A DNA stretch of 64,000 nt from an uncultured Candidatus Poseidoniales archaeon (GCA_964526385.1 CAZGJD010000009.1:8358-72357); one strand, 5' to 3'; shown: positions 28,724 through 44,485, counted from the first letter of the stretch. The notes: generated by a model not told the origin, from the sequence alone. Made by a program: numbers and translations.

Positions 28724-31700
28724 TCAGATTCTTCTTACCCACTGTCGGGAATTTGGATCTCTCATGTACCATACACCACTCCCTGAAGGGTGTTCTAACC
28801 ATTCATTTCCATCAGACCTCATCGAACCGACATCATACATGGTTGGCTCCGCTGGCACAGAGGTAGCGAGTGGGTTCCCAGGCAATTGATTCAATTGTGG
28901 ACTTTGCCCATATTCAGGAACAACTTGTTGCTGGTAAGATGGTTGGACAGTTTGCTGATATAGACCCGGATTGCTTTGAAGAGCCATTTCGGATGCCATG
29001 ATTTCCTCTGTGCTCCAATCTTTATCATCATTCCTTGAACTCATTCTTGAGAAAATCAAGCCTGCTAAAACAATCAATAAGAGAGCACCTCCGCCTGCTC
29101 CCACATAGATTACTACTGAGTTTGCGGAATCTTCAATCACTTCTTCACACCCATTTTCTTCTGCCACACCTGCGATTTCAGGACATTGATCTCCATCTTT
29201 TCCAAAAGGATTGTCTCCAAACCCATCCTTATCTGTATCGTTCCATTGTGACGCCTCGTTAGGGAAATCATCTATGATGTCTGCCCAGCCATCATTATCA
29301 CTATCTATACAACCCAATATACCTCCTTGGAATGAATAACCTTGCTCATTTGGACAATAATCTGGATTATTACCAACTGGATTGTCTCCATATTGGTCAT
29401 TGTCTGAATTCTGCCACTGTGTTGGGTCAATTGGATTCCAATCTGTACCAGTTTCTGGGTCACCCCAGCCATCTCCATCAAAATCTGGACAACCTAGTAC
29501 ATCTGCGGTTGAATTTCCTCTAAACATTGGACAATCGTCTTTGCCATCCGGAACACCATCCAAGTCTGTATCTAGATATTCTTCAGAGTCGAATGGGAAT
29601 GCATCCATGAAATTCGCCCAACCATCTCCATCTGAATCTGGACATCCAAGTATGTCTTCTTTCCAAGATTCTCCTGCCTGCGATGGACAAGCATCTTGCC
29701 CACTTGCAAATTGCACGTATTCACCCGGCCAAGTTTGGTCTCTATCAAACCATGACATGTTGCCATAGTTATCTCCATATCCATCCTCATCATAATCCGA
29801 CCACTGTGTAGCTTCAAGAGGGAACGCATCTGCTCCATCCTCTGTTCCCCATCCACTGTCTGGTGATGAGTATCCGTCCGCATCTGGATCAGGACAACCA
29901 AACCTATCGATTACAGAAGTACCTGCAGTACCTGTGCAAGCATCTGGACTATTTCCTTCCTGATTGTCCCCAAATCCATCCCCATCGGTATCGCTCCATT
30001 GTGTCTTATCCATTGGTAGGTCATCATCTTGGTCAGCCCAACCATCACCATCTAAATCAGGGCAACCAATCGATCCCCCCATTGAAGAATTTCCGTTTGA
30101 GTTTGGACATGAGTCTTCAGTGTCTGCCCAACCATCGTCATCAGAATCAATACATCCCTTAAGTCCAAGTTCTGAAGTTCCAGCAACCTTGTTACAATCA
30201 TCAGATGAATCTGAGAAGTTATCTCCATCATCGTCTGTATCTTCATCGGCGTCTCTGCATCCATCTTGGTCAATATCGTTGGACTCGTCAGAAGTCCACC
30301 AGTTTCTGGGCGGGGTGTAAGAACTCAAACATCCGTCATCTTCATCGTCGATACCATCGTTGTCATCATCGTTGTCTTCGGTGTCATCTTTACAGCCATC
30401 ATTATCGAAATCTGTTGTGGGATCACTAGTCCAGTTCCATGCACCACCCCTCGGGCAATCATCTCCTGCATTGTCAGTAATGCCATCATTATCATCATCA
30501 TAATCACAGGCATCTCCTTCACCATCCAAATCACTATCTGTTTGCAAAGGGTTGTTTGTGTTAGGACAATTGTCTGTGAGGTCATTAACCCCATCATTAT
30601 CCACATCAGCATTATTTGCAGGGTCAACAATCCAAACGAAAATGTCTAACCCCCAAGTTGAGGAAATTGATTTTGTTCCCTTCGTGATGGAACCTTGGAA
30701 AGAACCGACTGCAGAATAGTTTCCTGTGGAATTTACTGCTAAATCACCAAATAAATCTAAGTTATTTCCACCAACGGTTTCAACCCAGTCCCATGTACCT
30801 GCTGGGGTCAATTGTGCCATAAATCCGTCAACACTTCCCGTTGAAGTGATATAATTTCCACCGAAAGATGTAGTTCCAGAATGAGTTCCTCCAACAACCA
30901 ATTTACCGTTATCGCTAGCTACAATGGAATCAGCCCATTCAGAGTCACTACTGCTTCCAACAGATATTATCCAGTCAAAGTTAGTAGACTGTGGTATGTA
31001 TTTCAACACAAAGAAATCTACATCTTGGGTTGAAGAAGTAGAGACTGTTTTCTGCCCACCCAGATTTATTGTCCCAATAAATGCTCCAGTAACGTAAATA
31101 TCACCGGAGGTGTCCATAACCAAATCATTTGCAATGTTTGCTTCACTGGCTCCACTCGGAACCCCTGACACCGTTGTAACAGATGCGCCGTTAGAAAGTA
31201 CATTCCATCCCACAAGAATCGAGTCAGTGTTGGAAACAGCCTGGTGTGAATTACCTCCACCTCCGTTAAAAGTACCACCAGCTAATGCTAACTGCCAAAC
31301 TTTTCCTGATTGATCGATTATTACATTGCTTGCGGAATCAGCTCCAATTCCACCTGTGGACTCGGCCCAATTGATTGACCCAGAGAGAGCATCCATACTT
31401 ACTAGATTTACATCTCTATCACTGCTTACAATGTTAACGCTTCCAAAATTCGTCTCACCGTCATTACTTCCTGAGACGATGATGTTGCCTGATTGTGGGT
31501 CTACAGCGATTCCATCAACTTGACTTGAACCATTATTCACCGATGAGTAACCGGTTGCCCATTGCCAATTACCTGCATCGTCAATTTTAGCAACAAACCC
31601 ATCCAAGTAGCTGTTTGGGTTTTGAATAATGTTACCGCCAAATGAAACTGTGCCAACAAATGCCCCACCGACGTAATATGAACCACCCATATCTTTCGTC

Positions 31701-32077
31701 ATTGCCTGTATGAATATCAGTCCACTTGAGGCATCTGGAATATCTGCCCATTGCCACTGGCCGTCATCACCGACTTTAGCGATATACATGTCGCCGTCAT
31801 AATTATTGTTATATGGAGAATTTGCTTGTACACTAATTGAACCAAATTGCATACTGTTTCTCGTATCTCCTGCGATTATCCATCCATCAAAACTGGCTTC
31901 CATAAAAGATGCATTGACGTGGCCTGGATTTGCACCTGCATGTACTAGTGCTTCTGGTTCAGAATCTGCTTTCTTTATTATTGTTGATTCCTCAAGAAGA
32001 ATCTGGTTATTTAGAGGGATTACACTCAAAATTAATGTCAGTACTATGAAAGTGGCAAGTACAACACGTCTGCTCAT
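28724..32077 (-). CDS. Giant surface protein: signal anchor, beta-propeller-like repeats, ~500 aa of thrombospondin-type-3-like Ca-binding repeats, TM helix, Pro/Gln/Tyr-rich cytoplasmic tail
   Basis: Start set at [19 protein letters not shown] (ATG 32077). The N-terminal half repeats the pattern G..FvG...fGg. Reiterated units include [32 protein letters not shown] helix is [22 protein letters not shown]. Confidence 0.75.
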   Translation of the reverse strand: MSRRVVLATFIVLTLILSVIPLNNQILLEESTIIKKADSEPEALVHAGANPGHVNASFMEASFDGWIIAGDTRNSMQFGSISVQANSPYNNNYDGDMYIAKVGDDGQWQWADIPDASSGLIFIQAMTKDMGGSYYVGGAFVGTVSFGGNIIQNPNSYLDGFVAKIDDAGNWQWATGYSSVNNGSSQVDGIAVDPQSGNIIVSGSNDGETNFGSVNIVSSDRDVNLVSMDALSGSINWAESTGGIGADSASNVIIDQSGKVWQLALAGGTFNGGGGNSHQAVSNTDSILVGWNVLSNGASVTTVSGVPSGASEANIANDLVMDTSGDIYVTGAFIGTINLGGQKTVSTSSTQDVDFFVLKYIPQSTNFDWIISVGSSSDSEWADSIVASDNGKLVVGGTHSGTTSFGGNYITSTGSVDGFMAQLTPAGTWDWVETVGGNNLDLFGDLAVNSTGNYSAVGSFQGSITKGTKSISSTWGLDIFVWIVDPANNADVDNDGVNDLTDNCPNTNNPLQTDSDLDGEGDACDYDDDNDGITDNAGDDCPRGGAWNWTSDPTTDFDNDGCKDDTEDNDDDNDGIDDEDDGCLSSYTPPRNWWTSDESNDIDQDGCRDADEDTDDDGDNFSDSSDDCNKVAGTSELGLKGCIDSDDDGWADTEDSCPNSNGNSSMGGSIGCPDLDGDGWADQDDDLPMDKTQWSDTDGDGFGDNQEGNSPDACTGTAGTSVIDRFGCPDPDADGYSSPDSGWGTEDGADAFPLEATQWSDYDEDGYGDNYGNMSWFDRDQTWPGEYVQFASGQDACPSQAGESWKEDILGCPDSDGDGWANFMDAFPFDSEEYLDTDLDGVPDGKDDCPMFRGNSTADVLGCPDFDGDGWGDPETGTDWNPIDPTQWQNSDNDQYGDNPVGNNPDYCPNEQGYSFQGGILGCIDSDNDGWADIIDDFPNEASQWNDTDKDGFGDNPFGKDGDQCPEIAGVAEENGCEEVIEDSANSVVIYVGAGGGALLLIVLAGLIFSRMSSRNDDKDWSTEEIMASEMALQSNPGLYQQTVQPSYQQQVVPEYGQSPQLNQLPGNPLATSVPAEPTMYDVGSMRSDGNEWLEHPSGSGVWYMRDPNSRQWVRRI
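29147..30628 (-). repeat. Coding tandem array of Asp-rich TSP3-like calcium-binding repeats inside the giant surface protein
   Basis: Residues ~512-1005 carry many copies of D-x-D-x-D-G-x-x-D / C-P-x-x-x-G units. The low complexity creates many spurious ORFs in other frames and on the + strand. Confidence 0.8.
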
Positions 32078-32115
32078 ATATTTATGTCGTATTAGGTGGA
32101 TGATGAAGTCTTTGC

Positions 32116-33000
32116 TCAAATGTTTCTGTACAAAGAATTCGTTACTCCCTCCAAAATCCACTTTTTCCCGTTCCCTTGAATGGCAAAATGACCCGGAATT
32201 AGTACATCATAACTCTCAACAATAGCAGTTTCATCATCAAATTTCCACCATTGCAACAGTTGTCCCACATCATCGCCGTGAGATTTTCTTACAGACAATA
32301 ATTTGGAAAATTTGGGATTGTCATCTATCTCTAGATACTCCTTATTAAGCAAAGGAGCCCTTTGCATTAATTCTATAGATTCTACTACATGAAGACCGTT
32401 ACAGTTAAGCACCAACTTTTCAACAGTTTCTTTGTCAGGACCCACTAAACTTCCTTTGACTTTGTGAATGATAGCGGGTATTATTATCGGCGTTGCGTCT
32501 GAAATCTTCAAACCGTTTTCTTCCAAAACAGAAAAGTCGTTGAGGGGTTTTATCGGAAAAGGACCCTTTCCAACAAAGACATCTTCATCTGCATCATCAG
32601 ATGTTTCATCATTTTCATCTACGATTGATATTTTGCTAGACAGAATGGCTTCGCCAATGAAAGATGCCAATACTTCCCGAGTCCAAAGGATGACATTTCG
32701 ATCGGTCCTTGTAAACATCTGAGTATCATCAAAGTCCACGACTCTCTCGCTAATCAATAGGTGGGAACCTCTTGGAGCATCCATTAACCAGGATTCAAAT
32801 CCGGCAAGGTCCAGATGGGCAATTCCAGAACCAGTGACCCATATTTCCATTCCCTCAGTAAAACCAAATTGCACATGGTCAGGATGTACATCGAACATTC
32901 GTCCTAACCAGCTTATCATTCCATCTTTAACCAAGGGCTTAGATGACTGGTCGATATTAACATCAAGGCGTTGCAGAGCCTTTTTCAAATCGAATGCCAT
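32116..33000 (-). CDS. Hypothetical protein occupying the position after rpl30e
   Basis: Start is uncertain: ATG 33000 (MAFDLKK...) or TTG 33081, which overlaps rpl30e. No KH (GxxG), S1 or other motif recognised. Confidence 0.5.
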   Translation of the reverse strand: MAFDLKKALQRLDVNIDQSSKPLVKDGMISWLGRMFDVHPDHVQFGFTEGMEIWVTGSGIAHLDLAGFESWLMDAPRGSHLLISERVVDFDDTQMFTRTDRNVILWTREVLASFIGEAILSSKISIVDENDETSDDADEDVFVGKGPFPIKPLNDFSVLEENGLKISDATPIIIPAIIHKVKGSLVGPDKETVEKLVLNCNGLHVVESIELMQRAPLLNKEYLEIDDNPKFSKLLSVRKSHGDDVGQLLQWWKFDDETAIVESYDVLIPGHFAIQGNGKKWILEGVTNSLYRNI

Positions 33001-33031
33001 CAAACCCGCTGGGGGTTTGATATCTATAATC

Positions 33032-33337
33032 TCATTCCAGATTACTGTCAAGTGAAAGCAAATCGGATTCACCTGCGTCAACGACCGTTATCGTTGAAAC
33101 GCTGAAAGGCTTACCTGAAGCGATTCCTAATTCTCGATTGACAACTCTTGTCCTATGAATTGTAACCCCTGGATGCTTAGCAACCAGATTGTCGATATAT
33201 TCCTGAGGGCAGTTTGCAGCTATGATTACACATTTTGCTTCCCCTCTTGCACATGCATCTACCGCTTGTCTTTGTCCAAACAACAGTTTCCCTGTTGAAT
33301 TTGCTATCTTTAATTGTCTACTTATGTCCATTTTCAT
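33032..33337 (-). CDS. rpl30e: Ribosomal protein L30e
   Basis: 101 aa. GKLLFGQRQAVDACARGEAKCVIIAANCPQEYIDNL is typical of the L30e/L7Ae-fold protein found after rpoA'' in archaeal RNAP operons. Confidence 0.85.
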   Translation of the reverse strand: MKMDISRQLKIANSTGKLLFGQRQAVDACARGEAKCVIIAANCPQEYIDNLVAKHPGVTIHRTRVVNRELGIASGKPFSVSTITVVDAGESDLLSLDSNLE

Positions 33338-33370
33338 TCCTCCACACTAATGCTTCTCAATGTCTCCAAA

Positions 33371-38105
<4,735 letters not shown>

Positions 38106-38109
<4 letters not shown>

Positions 38110-41100
38110 CTTCTATCCTCCAGTTCTAATCTCATTGCCACCCCGAGACTCTTCATCTCGTCCAACAATAATTTGAATGCGTAAGAAGTCTGTACCTTGT
38201 AGACTTCTGCGCCGTCACCTTCTATTGGTGAAACGTAAGTTCTTCTCTTTGGGTCGTACCAAGCGATATGGCCTGATTTTGCACAAACGAATAAGTCAAT
38301 ACCGTCGGATTCATCGAGTAACCTGTCCTTGATAACCATGGATGCACCGTGAGCGATTAAACAATCACGCTCCATTTCTCCAAATCTTAGACCACCTTGT
38401 CTTGCTCTACCTTCCGTAGGTTGTCTTGTCAAAATCTGGACTCTTCCTCTGCTTCTTGCGTGGATCTTTCCAGATACCATATGGTGTAGTTTTTGATAGT
38501 AAATACAACCGATGAAGATTTCAGCAGGGTATGTTTCTCCTGTTTCTCCGTTTATCATGACTTCTCTGCCAGTATGGCTGTATCCATTTCTGACTAGACT
38601 GTCTCTCAAACTTCCTTCTTTTTCTCCACGGAAAGCAGTTCCATCGATTCTTCTTCCTTCTAAGGAACCTACCTTTCCACCAATCATCTCCAGAACGTGT
38701 GCAACTGTCATTCTTGATGGAATTGCGTGTGGGTTAATAATTAGGTCTGGAACTATTCCATCTTTTGTAAATGGCATGTCCTCAGCATCTACTAATCTTC
38801 CGATAACTCCTTTCTGACCGTGTCTCGAAGCGAACTTATCGCCGACCTCTGGGACCTTGTGGGATCTAACCATGACTCTCACAAGCCTTCCGGAATCCAA
38901 AGATTCTGTGACGTATACATTGTCAACATATCCTTTCTCCCCGTGCCTGATAAGCATTGAAGATTCTCTTCTCTCTTGAGCTTGCAAGAAAGCACCTGCA
39001 CCTGTCTCTTCTAAGAATCTTGGTGGACTTGTCTTTCCAACTAGTACATCTCCACCTTCAAGATATTTCTCAGGGTGAGGAAGACCGTCGCTTTCCAAGT
39101 GCAGATATTCATCAACTGGTTTTAGGCCCTTAACTTCTTCAAGCCCAGTACCTGGTATTTCGATTTCTTCGACTTGACCACCAGGGAATCTTCTTCTCTC
39201 TGCGTTGTAAGTTCGATTGAAGGTTGACCTACCAAGTGCTCTTTGAACACTTGATCTGTTCATGATAACTGCGTCTTGCATGTTGTATCCGTGTAGACTC
39301 ATAACTGCAACGATGAAGTTTTGGCCACCTGGTCTGTTGTCGAAATTTGTAGTATCCATAGCCTGAGTGTGTGTAATAGACCTCTGAGGGTAGTGCAATA
39401 CGTGCAACCTTGTATCTGGTCTTAATCTGTAATTTGACGATGGAAGACCTAGAGATTGCTTTACCATCGCTGTTCCTCCTGTAACACGAGGTGTTGAGTT
39501 GTGTTCAGGGTATGGAATTAGTGAAGCACATACTCCCAAAACAAGTTGAGGGTCGATTTCACAGTGCGTGTGCTCGTTTGTATATTCCAATGGAACTTCG
39601 AACTCAGCGTTTGCTGATTCTCCGTTTGGTAACTTGATTTTAGCCTGCAGTTTTGCTACAGTAGATCCGGGCTCACCGAGGTTCAACCATGTTATGGTTG
39701 AGTGGCTAACAGGTCTTCCAGCGTGTTCATTTCCTTCAGGGATTACCTCAGGAAGTACAAAAGGCCTTGGTGCGATGTAAAGGTCTTCTTCTTCATCTGC
39801 GTCGATCCACTCCACAACACCTTCATTGACTAAGTCGGTAAAGGTCAAATCTCCTCTTGCAACCATTTCCAAGTGATTCTGAGTTAATCTTGGTGCACCG
39901 TCATACAAAATGAGTACAGGTCTTAAGATTCTTCCTTTATCGGTATTGATGAATATGTCTCTATTAGAAGCGTCATATCTAATCGAAACTTCAGGTCTTA
40001 TCGAACCTCTTCTTCTTGCATTCTTGAATTGGGTTAACAGATTCTTTCCTCTCTTGTGCACTCCGTAAATGTCTCCATTTACGTGAATTCGGTCACCATC
40101 TGTCCAATCATCCGGTTGGAATACGTCCATTTCATCCAAGCGTCCCTTAATTTCGTCTTCAGGGATAGCCTCGGAAATGTCAATCATCTGGGCTGCGTTC
40201 TTTACCAATCCACAGTTTTGACCTTCGGGAGTTTCGTTAGGACAAAGACGACCCCATTGTGTAGGGTGAAGGTCTCTTGCTTCGAAGTGCGGTTGGCTTC
40301 TAACAAGTGGTGAAGTAACACGTCTCATGTGAGAGAGTGCGGAAAGGTATGTTGTTCTATCTAAGAGCTGGCTAACACCAGATCTGCCGCCAACCCAGTT
40401 TCCTGTGGCCAAAGCGTGCATGATTTTGCTACTCAATACGTCTGGCCTCAAACATGCAGTGATTTTCAGTTCTCTCTTTCTGTTGTGGTGTCTTTCGAGT
40501 TGATACTTCAAATCTCTTGCAAGTTGGTTCATTGATACACGGAATAGGTCCTCTATCAAGTCTCCAGCAAGTCTAACTCTCTTGTTAGCATAGTGATCCT
40601 TATCATTTGGTTTTCTATTTGTTATTGCCATTTCAAGAACTTGTCTGACAATTCTTCCCAAGAATATCGCTTTCTTCTTTCTGTCAGCTTCTTGGTCACC
40701 TAAGTGAGGAAGAAGTTCCCTATCAAGCAGTTGAATAACTCTTGCTTCACGGTATTCTTTCTGCTGACCTGCTGCGAATTTCTTCTCTAACCATCCATGT
40801 GCTTCTTCTGCAGAATCAACGTTGTATTCTTCGTTGTCTTTGACTTCATTGATGTTAGCTACAATGTACTTGAAAGTTTCAGTAGGACCAGCGATAGCTT
40901 GGAAGAGCTCTTGGTCATTTTCGATTCCGAGTGCTCTCATAAGAAGAACTACGGGGATTGCTGTAGTACCAGCCGTGCTAATCTTGACCATCAGCATTCC
41001 ATCTCTTCTCTTTTCAACAGTCAGAGGCTTTCTCATTCCATCTCTCTGGGAGAAAATCTTAGCTACTTCTGTCTGTTTTGCATATCTGTTGTTAATTTCA

Positions 41101-41717
41101 ACAGTTACACGGTTGGGTGCAAGATCTTCCATTGAAATCAGTACTCTTTCGGTTCCATTGATGATGAAATAACCTCCAGGGTCGAGAGGGTCTTCTCCTT
41201 TCTTCCTCAATAATTTGTCAAGGACCTTTCTGTCTTCCTCAGATGTAGTTGGGTGAAGTTGTCTGTCGCCTGCGATGTGGCTTGGATGAAGATTACATCT
41301 CTTGCTTCTAACCATAATCGGCATGCTTCCAACCTGGACACCCTTCTCAGCGAGCCCTGGTTGGTCATCTCTGTAAATGGTGAAATCCATTTGCACAGGA
41401 GACATGTATGTTAGTTTCCTTAACCTACACTCCATAGGCAGTGAAGCATGGTCACTTCCGTCTGCCTCTCTTATGTTTGGTTCACCGAGTTGAATGTTTT
41501 TTAGTCTGATTACTATGTTCTGGTCTAGAACGTCAAGCTTGATTAAACCGCCTTCGTCATCGACTACATCTTCGTCAGTTCCGACTCTAATGCTTCTGAC
41601 GATTTTTTCCATCCTCGAAAGAGTGTTGTCACTAGAAGGTATACAATCGTCGTAGGATGCAAGTTGGTGGTTAACTAAACTTCTTTGTTTGAAAAATGCC
41701 TCAATTATTTCTTTCAT
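38106..41717 (-). CDS. rpoB: DNA-directed RNA polymerase subunit B (unsplit)
   Basis: 1203 aa: ...GDKFASRHGQKGVIG..., ...LRFGEMERDCLIAHGA..., and a C-terminal Zn region. A single ORF covers both the B'' and B' equivalents. Confidence 0.95.
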
Positions 41718-41731
41718 GATATCACCTCAGC

Positions 41732-42352
41732 TTAACTGCCCTCCACGATTAGTCTGTAAGCAACTGATTTTCCAGCGGATGGAGATTTGCGTACAACTTT
41801 CAGGACACGGTCAGAAATCCATCCTGCAGGAAGTGGCACGTAGTCTTCAGAATCGGCGTTCGCTTCAACCATCTTTTCGTGGGTTTCTTTGATGACTTGA
41901 ACGACAGGGTCTGAAATCAGAATTTTTGGTAGTAATTCCTTTGCGAGTCTCATTTCTCCAGTTTCGGGGTCATTCTTAAGGAGCCCCCACGGTTCTAATG
42001 CGGATTCTTCATCCTCCACCGGTATTAATTCCTGATGAGGAACAAGTACGTGGTTTAATACGTTGAATTTTTCTCCTGCGAGGTCCAAATCCTCAGCATC
42101 ATCTATTGCAGTTTTAGAGATGGTGATTTTCTTTCCTCTCTTCTTCTGCCTGCGGTTACCTAGCTCAGCAAGCGCATTCATTGCGTCAGTGAAAGTTTGA
42201 TCGTCCTTGGAAACACCAAGAGTTGAGGCTATTTCATCAGCCGTCATGGATTTTATGTCATTCATGTTACGGTCGGTCGCCAACTTGTGTGCGTACTCTT
42301 CCGCAATTCCCATTTCCATTAGGCGTTTTTTTGTTGCCGACTTAACTACCAT
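41732..42352 (-). CDS. rpoH: DNA-directed RNA polymerase subunit H (Rpb5-like C-terminal domain) with an N-terminal extension and an internal insertion
   Basis: The C-terminal part NHVLVPHQELIPVEDEE...LPKILISDPV...VLKVVRKSPSAGKSVAYRLIV fits the RpoH pattern. It is 206 aa, against ~80 aa for typical RpoH by my recollection. It lies first in the operon, as expected. Confidence 0.75.
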   Translation of the reverse strand: MVVKSATKKRLMEMGIAEEYAHKLATDRNMNDIKSMTADEIASTLGVSKDDQTFTDAMNALAELGNRRQKKRGKKITISKTAIDDAEDLDLAGEKFNVLNHVLVPHQELIPVEDEESALEPWGLLKNDPETGEMRLAKELLPKILISDPVVQVIKETHEKMVEANADSEDYVPLPAGWISDRVLKVVRKSPSAGKSVAYRLIVEGS

Positions 42353-42400
42353 TCTGACACCCCGTAAGCCCGCAGTACACTGGTCCTGAAGTTAGTCAGG

Positions 42401-42474
42401 CGGGCCTGACGGGGTTCGAACCCGCGACCGACGGGTTAAAAGCCCGTCGCTCTACCTGACTAAGCTACAGGCCC
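42401..42474 (-). tRNA. tRNA-Lys (anticodon UUU)
   Basis: Reverse complement is GGGCCTG-TA-GCTT-AGTCAGGTA-GAGC-G-ACGGG-CTTTTAA-CCCGT-CGGTC-GCGGG-TTCGAAC-CCCGT-CAGGCCC-G. This folds as a full cloverleaf, 74 nt, with T-loop TTCGAAC and anticodon loop CU-UUU-AA. CCA is not fully encoded (CCT follows). Confidence 0.9.
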
Positions 42475-42510
42475 AAATGCAATCTTGGGCTTCTTGGCCG
42501 ACCTACCACC

Positions 42511-42520
42511 TATTATTAAA
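42511..42520 (-). promoter_or_regulatory. Candidate archaeal TATA box upstream of tRNA-Lys
   Basis: The minus strand reads TTTAATAATA, 37-46 nt upstream of the mature tRNA 5' end. This is the only AT-rich box between the tRNA and the divergent gene on that side. Confidence 0.3.
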
Positions 42521-42643
42521 CTCATCGCATAATGAAATTTCCATAGAAACGAGTACTAAACTCAATTACAACCAAATTTCATCGTTCTGCGAATTTTTTG
42601 AGTCACAAATAAAACCTTCGCCGGTTTCAGACCAACTACTCAC

Positions 42644-43993
42644 ATGACAGATTTCAGCCATTTTTCTGAAGAAAATATCCAGCGAGAAATAGAGTACTCA
42701 TCGCTTAGATCAGACATTATTGAATGGCGTCCATCTAAAAACCACTGTTACGAATTAATCGTACCAAAGACGGTTTACCCACCGAGAGAAGACACAGATA
42801 TGATCGCAAAAAAAATTATTTCAAGAGGACCAGTCAGCGGTTTAAAATTCTTAGAAATAGGTTCAGGAACTGGAGCATTGAGCATATTGGCATGTTCAAT
42901 GGGATGGGAAGTTTATTGCTGTGATATCAACCCATTTGCCGTAGCTGCAACAAAAGGTAATATTTTGGCAAATGGATTCAAAGGTTCTGTTAAAGAAGGT
43001 GGTATTGGCCCAGAAAAATTTCCCTTCTCAGAAAAATTCGACTTGATTATCTGGAATTTACCATACATACGAGAATTCAGTGAAGGAGGTTTGGGACCAC
43101 TTGAAGATGCTTCTCTAATAGACAATGACAATCTAGGATTAGACGTAAGATTGGTCAATAGTATAATTAGTAATCATTTGCTTACAAATACAGGACATGT
43201 TTGGATTTTGTGCAATGAATTAAATGTTAAAAAATCATATAAATTGTCTCACAGAATTGTCGGAAATTTAACATTTGAAGATGGTGAGTGTATTGCCTTA
43301 GTTAATTTATGGCAATCAAAGCATTACGAAAATAAGCTATTCTTGGATAAGACCAAATCGACGAATGACATCATGTTATCTTTCGATAACAATTACAAAC
43401 ATATCTACAGCCCTAAGCAAACAAATGGTAGAGGAAGACATAATAGAAAATGGGAGTCTATTAATCGTTCATTTGCTGGTTCATGGGACATATCCGAGCA
43501 CAAAAATGTACCTCCTGGCTTGTTGCAACTTGCTGCTGCAAAAGCAGTCTTAGCCACTATCAATTATCCTGAAATTAGTGTGAAATGGCCGAATGACATA
43601 ATGTTCAAAAAAAGAAAATTAGGTGGGATATTGATAGAATCAATTTCAAATTCCGATTCGACAAAAGTTGTACTTGGAATCGGCATTAACTTAGTTTCAG
43701 ACGACATCCAACGTGATTTCACCTATTCATCCTTATCTGAAATATCTGACACCAATATTCATGAATTGAGCCTCAATCTGAGCAAGAACCTTGCAAGTAT
43801 ATTTGAAAAACGAAGACATTTGCCAGACTTCGATTTTGAATCTTTACTTCCAGAGATGAAATCGGCAATCAGAGATTATGGCACACCAGTTTTCAAAGAT
43901 ATAGAATATCCAAATTTCGGCCTTTCTAAGGATGGCAAATTGAAAATCGGTTCATTGGAAATCGATGAGATTGAAGAGATAAATTGGGTTTAA
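42644..43993 (+). CDS. birA: Fusion protein: N-terminal HemK/Mtq2-like SAM methyltransferase + C-terminal biotin-protein ligase (BirA catalytic domain)
   Basis: N-terminal half: VYPPREDTDMI, LEIGSGTGALSI (SAM motif I), IIWNLPYI (NPPY-type motif IV). C-terminal half: QTNGRGRHNRKWES (GRGRxGRxW) and VKWPNDIMFKKRKLGGILIES. Confidence 0.8.
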   Translation: MTDFSHFSEENIQREIEYSSLRSDIIEWRPSKNHCYELIVPKTVYPPREDTDMIAKKIISRGPVSGLKFLEIGSGTGALSILACSMGWEVYCCDINPFAVAATKGNILANGFKGSVKEGGIGPEKFPFSEKFDLIIWNLPYIREFSEGGLGPLEDASLIDNDNLGLDVRLVNSIISNHLLTNTGHVWILCNELNVKKSYKLSHRIVGNLTFEDGECIALVNLWQSKHYENKLFLDKTKSTNDIMLSFDNNYKHIYSPKQTNGRGRHNRKWESINRSFAGSWDISEHKNVPPGLLQLAAAKAVLATINYPEISVKWPNDIMFKKRKLGGILIESISNSDSTKVVLGIGINLVSDDIQRDFTYSSLSEISDTNIHELSLNLSKNLASIFEKRRHLPDFDFESLLPEMKSAIRDYGTPVFKDIEYPNFGLSKDGKLKIGSLEIDEIEEINWV

Positions 43994-44466
43994 TCTTCAA
44001 GCATTGCTTCCAATGGCTCGTAGACTTTCTTAGCATTCCTCTTCCATATACCGAAACCCAATATGGCAATGCCAATGGGATACATTATGAAATCCATAAT
44101 TACTCCGCGACTAAGATCATATTCAATCTCTGCTGATTCTAAGGCGAGAATTTGAAATGTATGGACTCCGTCCTGATCAGCAATAAATTTCCACTCGCTT
44201 TCAACATTGTTTGAACTGTATTCCTTGTCACCAGATGGCAGAACTACTGTGGGTCTAACAACGCCATCGTTTACCGAAATAGTGAATTCATCACCCTCTG
44301 ATAAATCATATTTCACAGTATATTCGTTTCCTTCACCCTCGTCGATTGAGGTTGGAACTGTCCATGTTTGAATAACCAGCATTACTAGAAGAATCGATGA
44401 CCCGATGAGAATCATAACATCCTCGCTTTTGACCGGTGGTGCTTCCCCTCCTGCTCCCATAACCAA
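43990..44466 (-). CDS. Hypothetical membrane protein (two TM helices flanking a beta-rich loop)
   Basis: Hydrophobic helices VMILIGSSILLVMLVIQ and FIMYPIGIAILGFGIW. No recognised family. Confidence 0.45.
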   Translation of the reverse strand: MVMGAGGEAPPVKSEDVMILIGSSILLVMLVIQTWTVPTSIDEGEGNEYTVKYDLSEGDEFTISVNDGVVRPTVVLPSGDKEYSSNNVESEWKFIADQDGVHTFQILALESAEIEYDLSRGVIMDFIMYPIGIAILGFGIWKRNAKKVYEPLEAMLED

Positions 44467-44485
44467 CCCACTTCACTATTATTCT

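Noticed and set aside
29035-30649. Cluster of 60-130 aa ORFs on both strands (e.g. 29382..29768+, 29964..30320+, 30266..30649+, 30325..30630-).
   Set aside because: They lie inside the Asp-rich TSP3-like repeat region of the 1117-aa minus-strand gene. They are low-complexity (Ser/Pro/His- or Ile/Val/Met-rich) translations of GAT/GAC-rich repeats in other frames, so they are artefacts of repeat composition.
32116-33081. Calling the ORF after rpl30e as NusA on positional grounds.
   Set aside because: There are no KH GxxG loops or other NusA-like sequence features, and it is longer than archaeal NusA (~140-150 aa by my recollection). Position alone is insufficient.
42401-44000. tRNA-Lys as an attachment site for an integrated element.
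   Set aside because: No integrase, recombinase, phage or plasmid genes lie on either side. I saw no direct repeat of the tRNA 3' half nearby. The neighbours are housekeeping genes.
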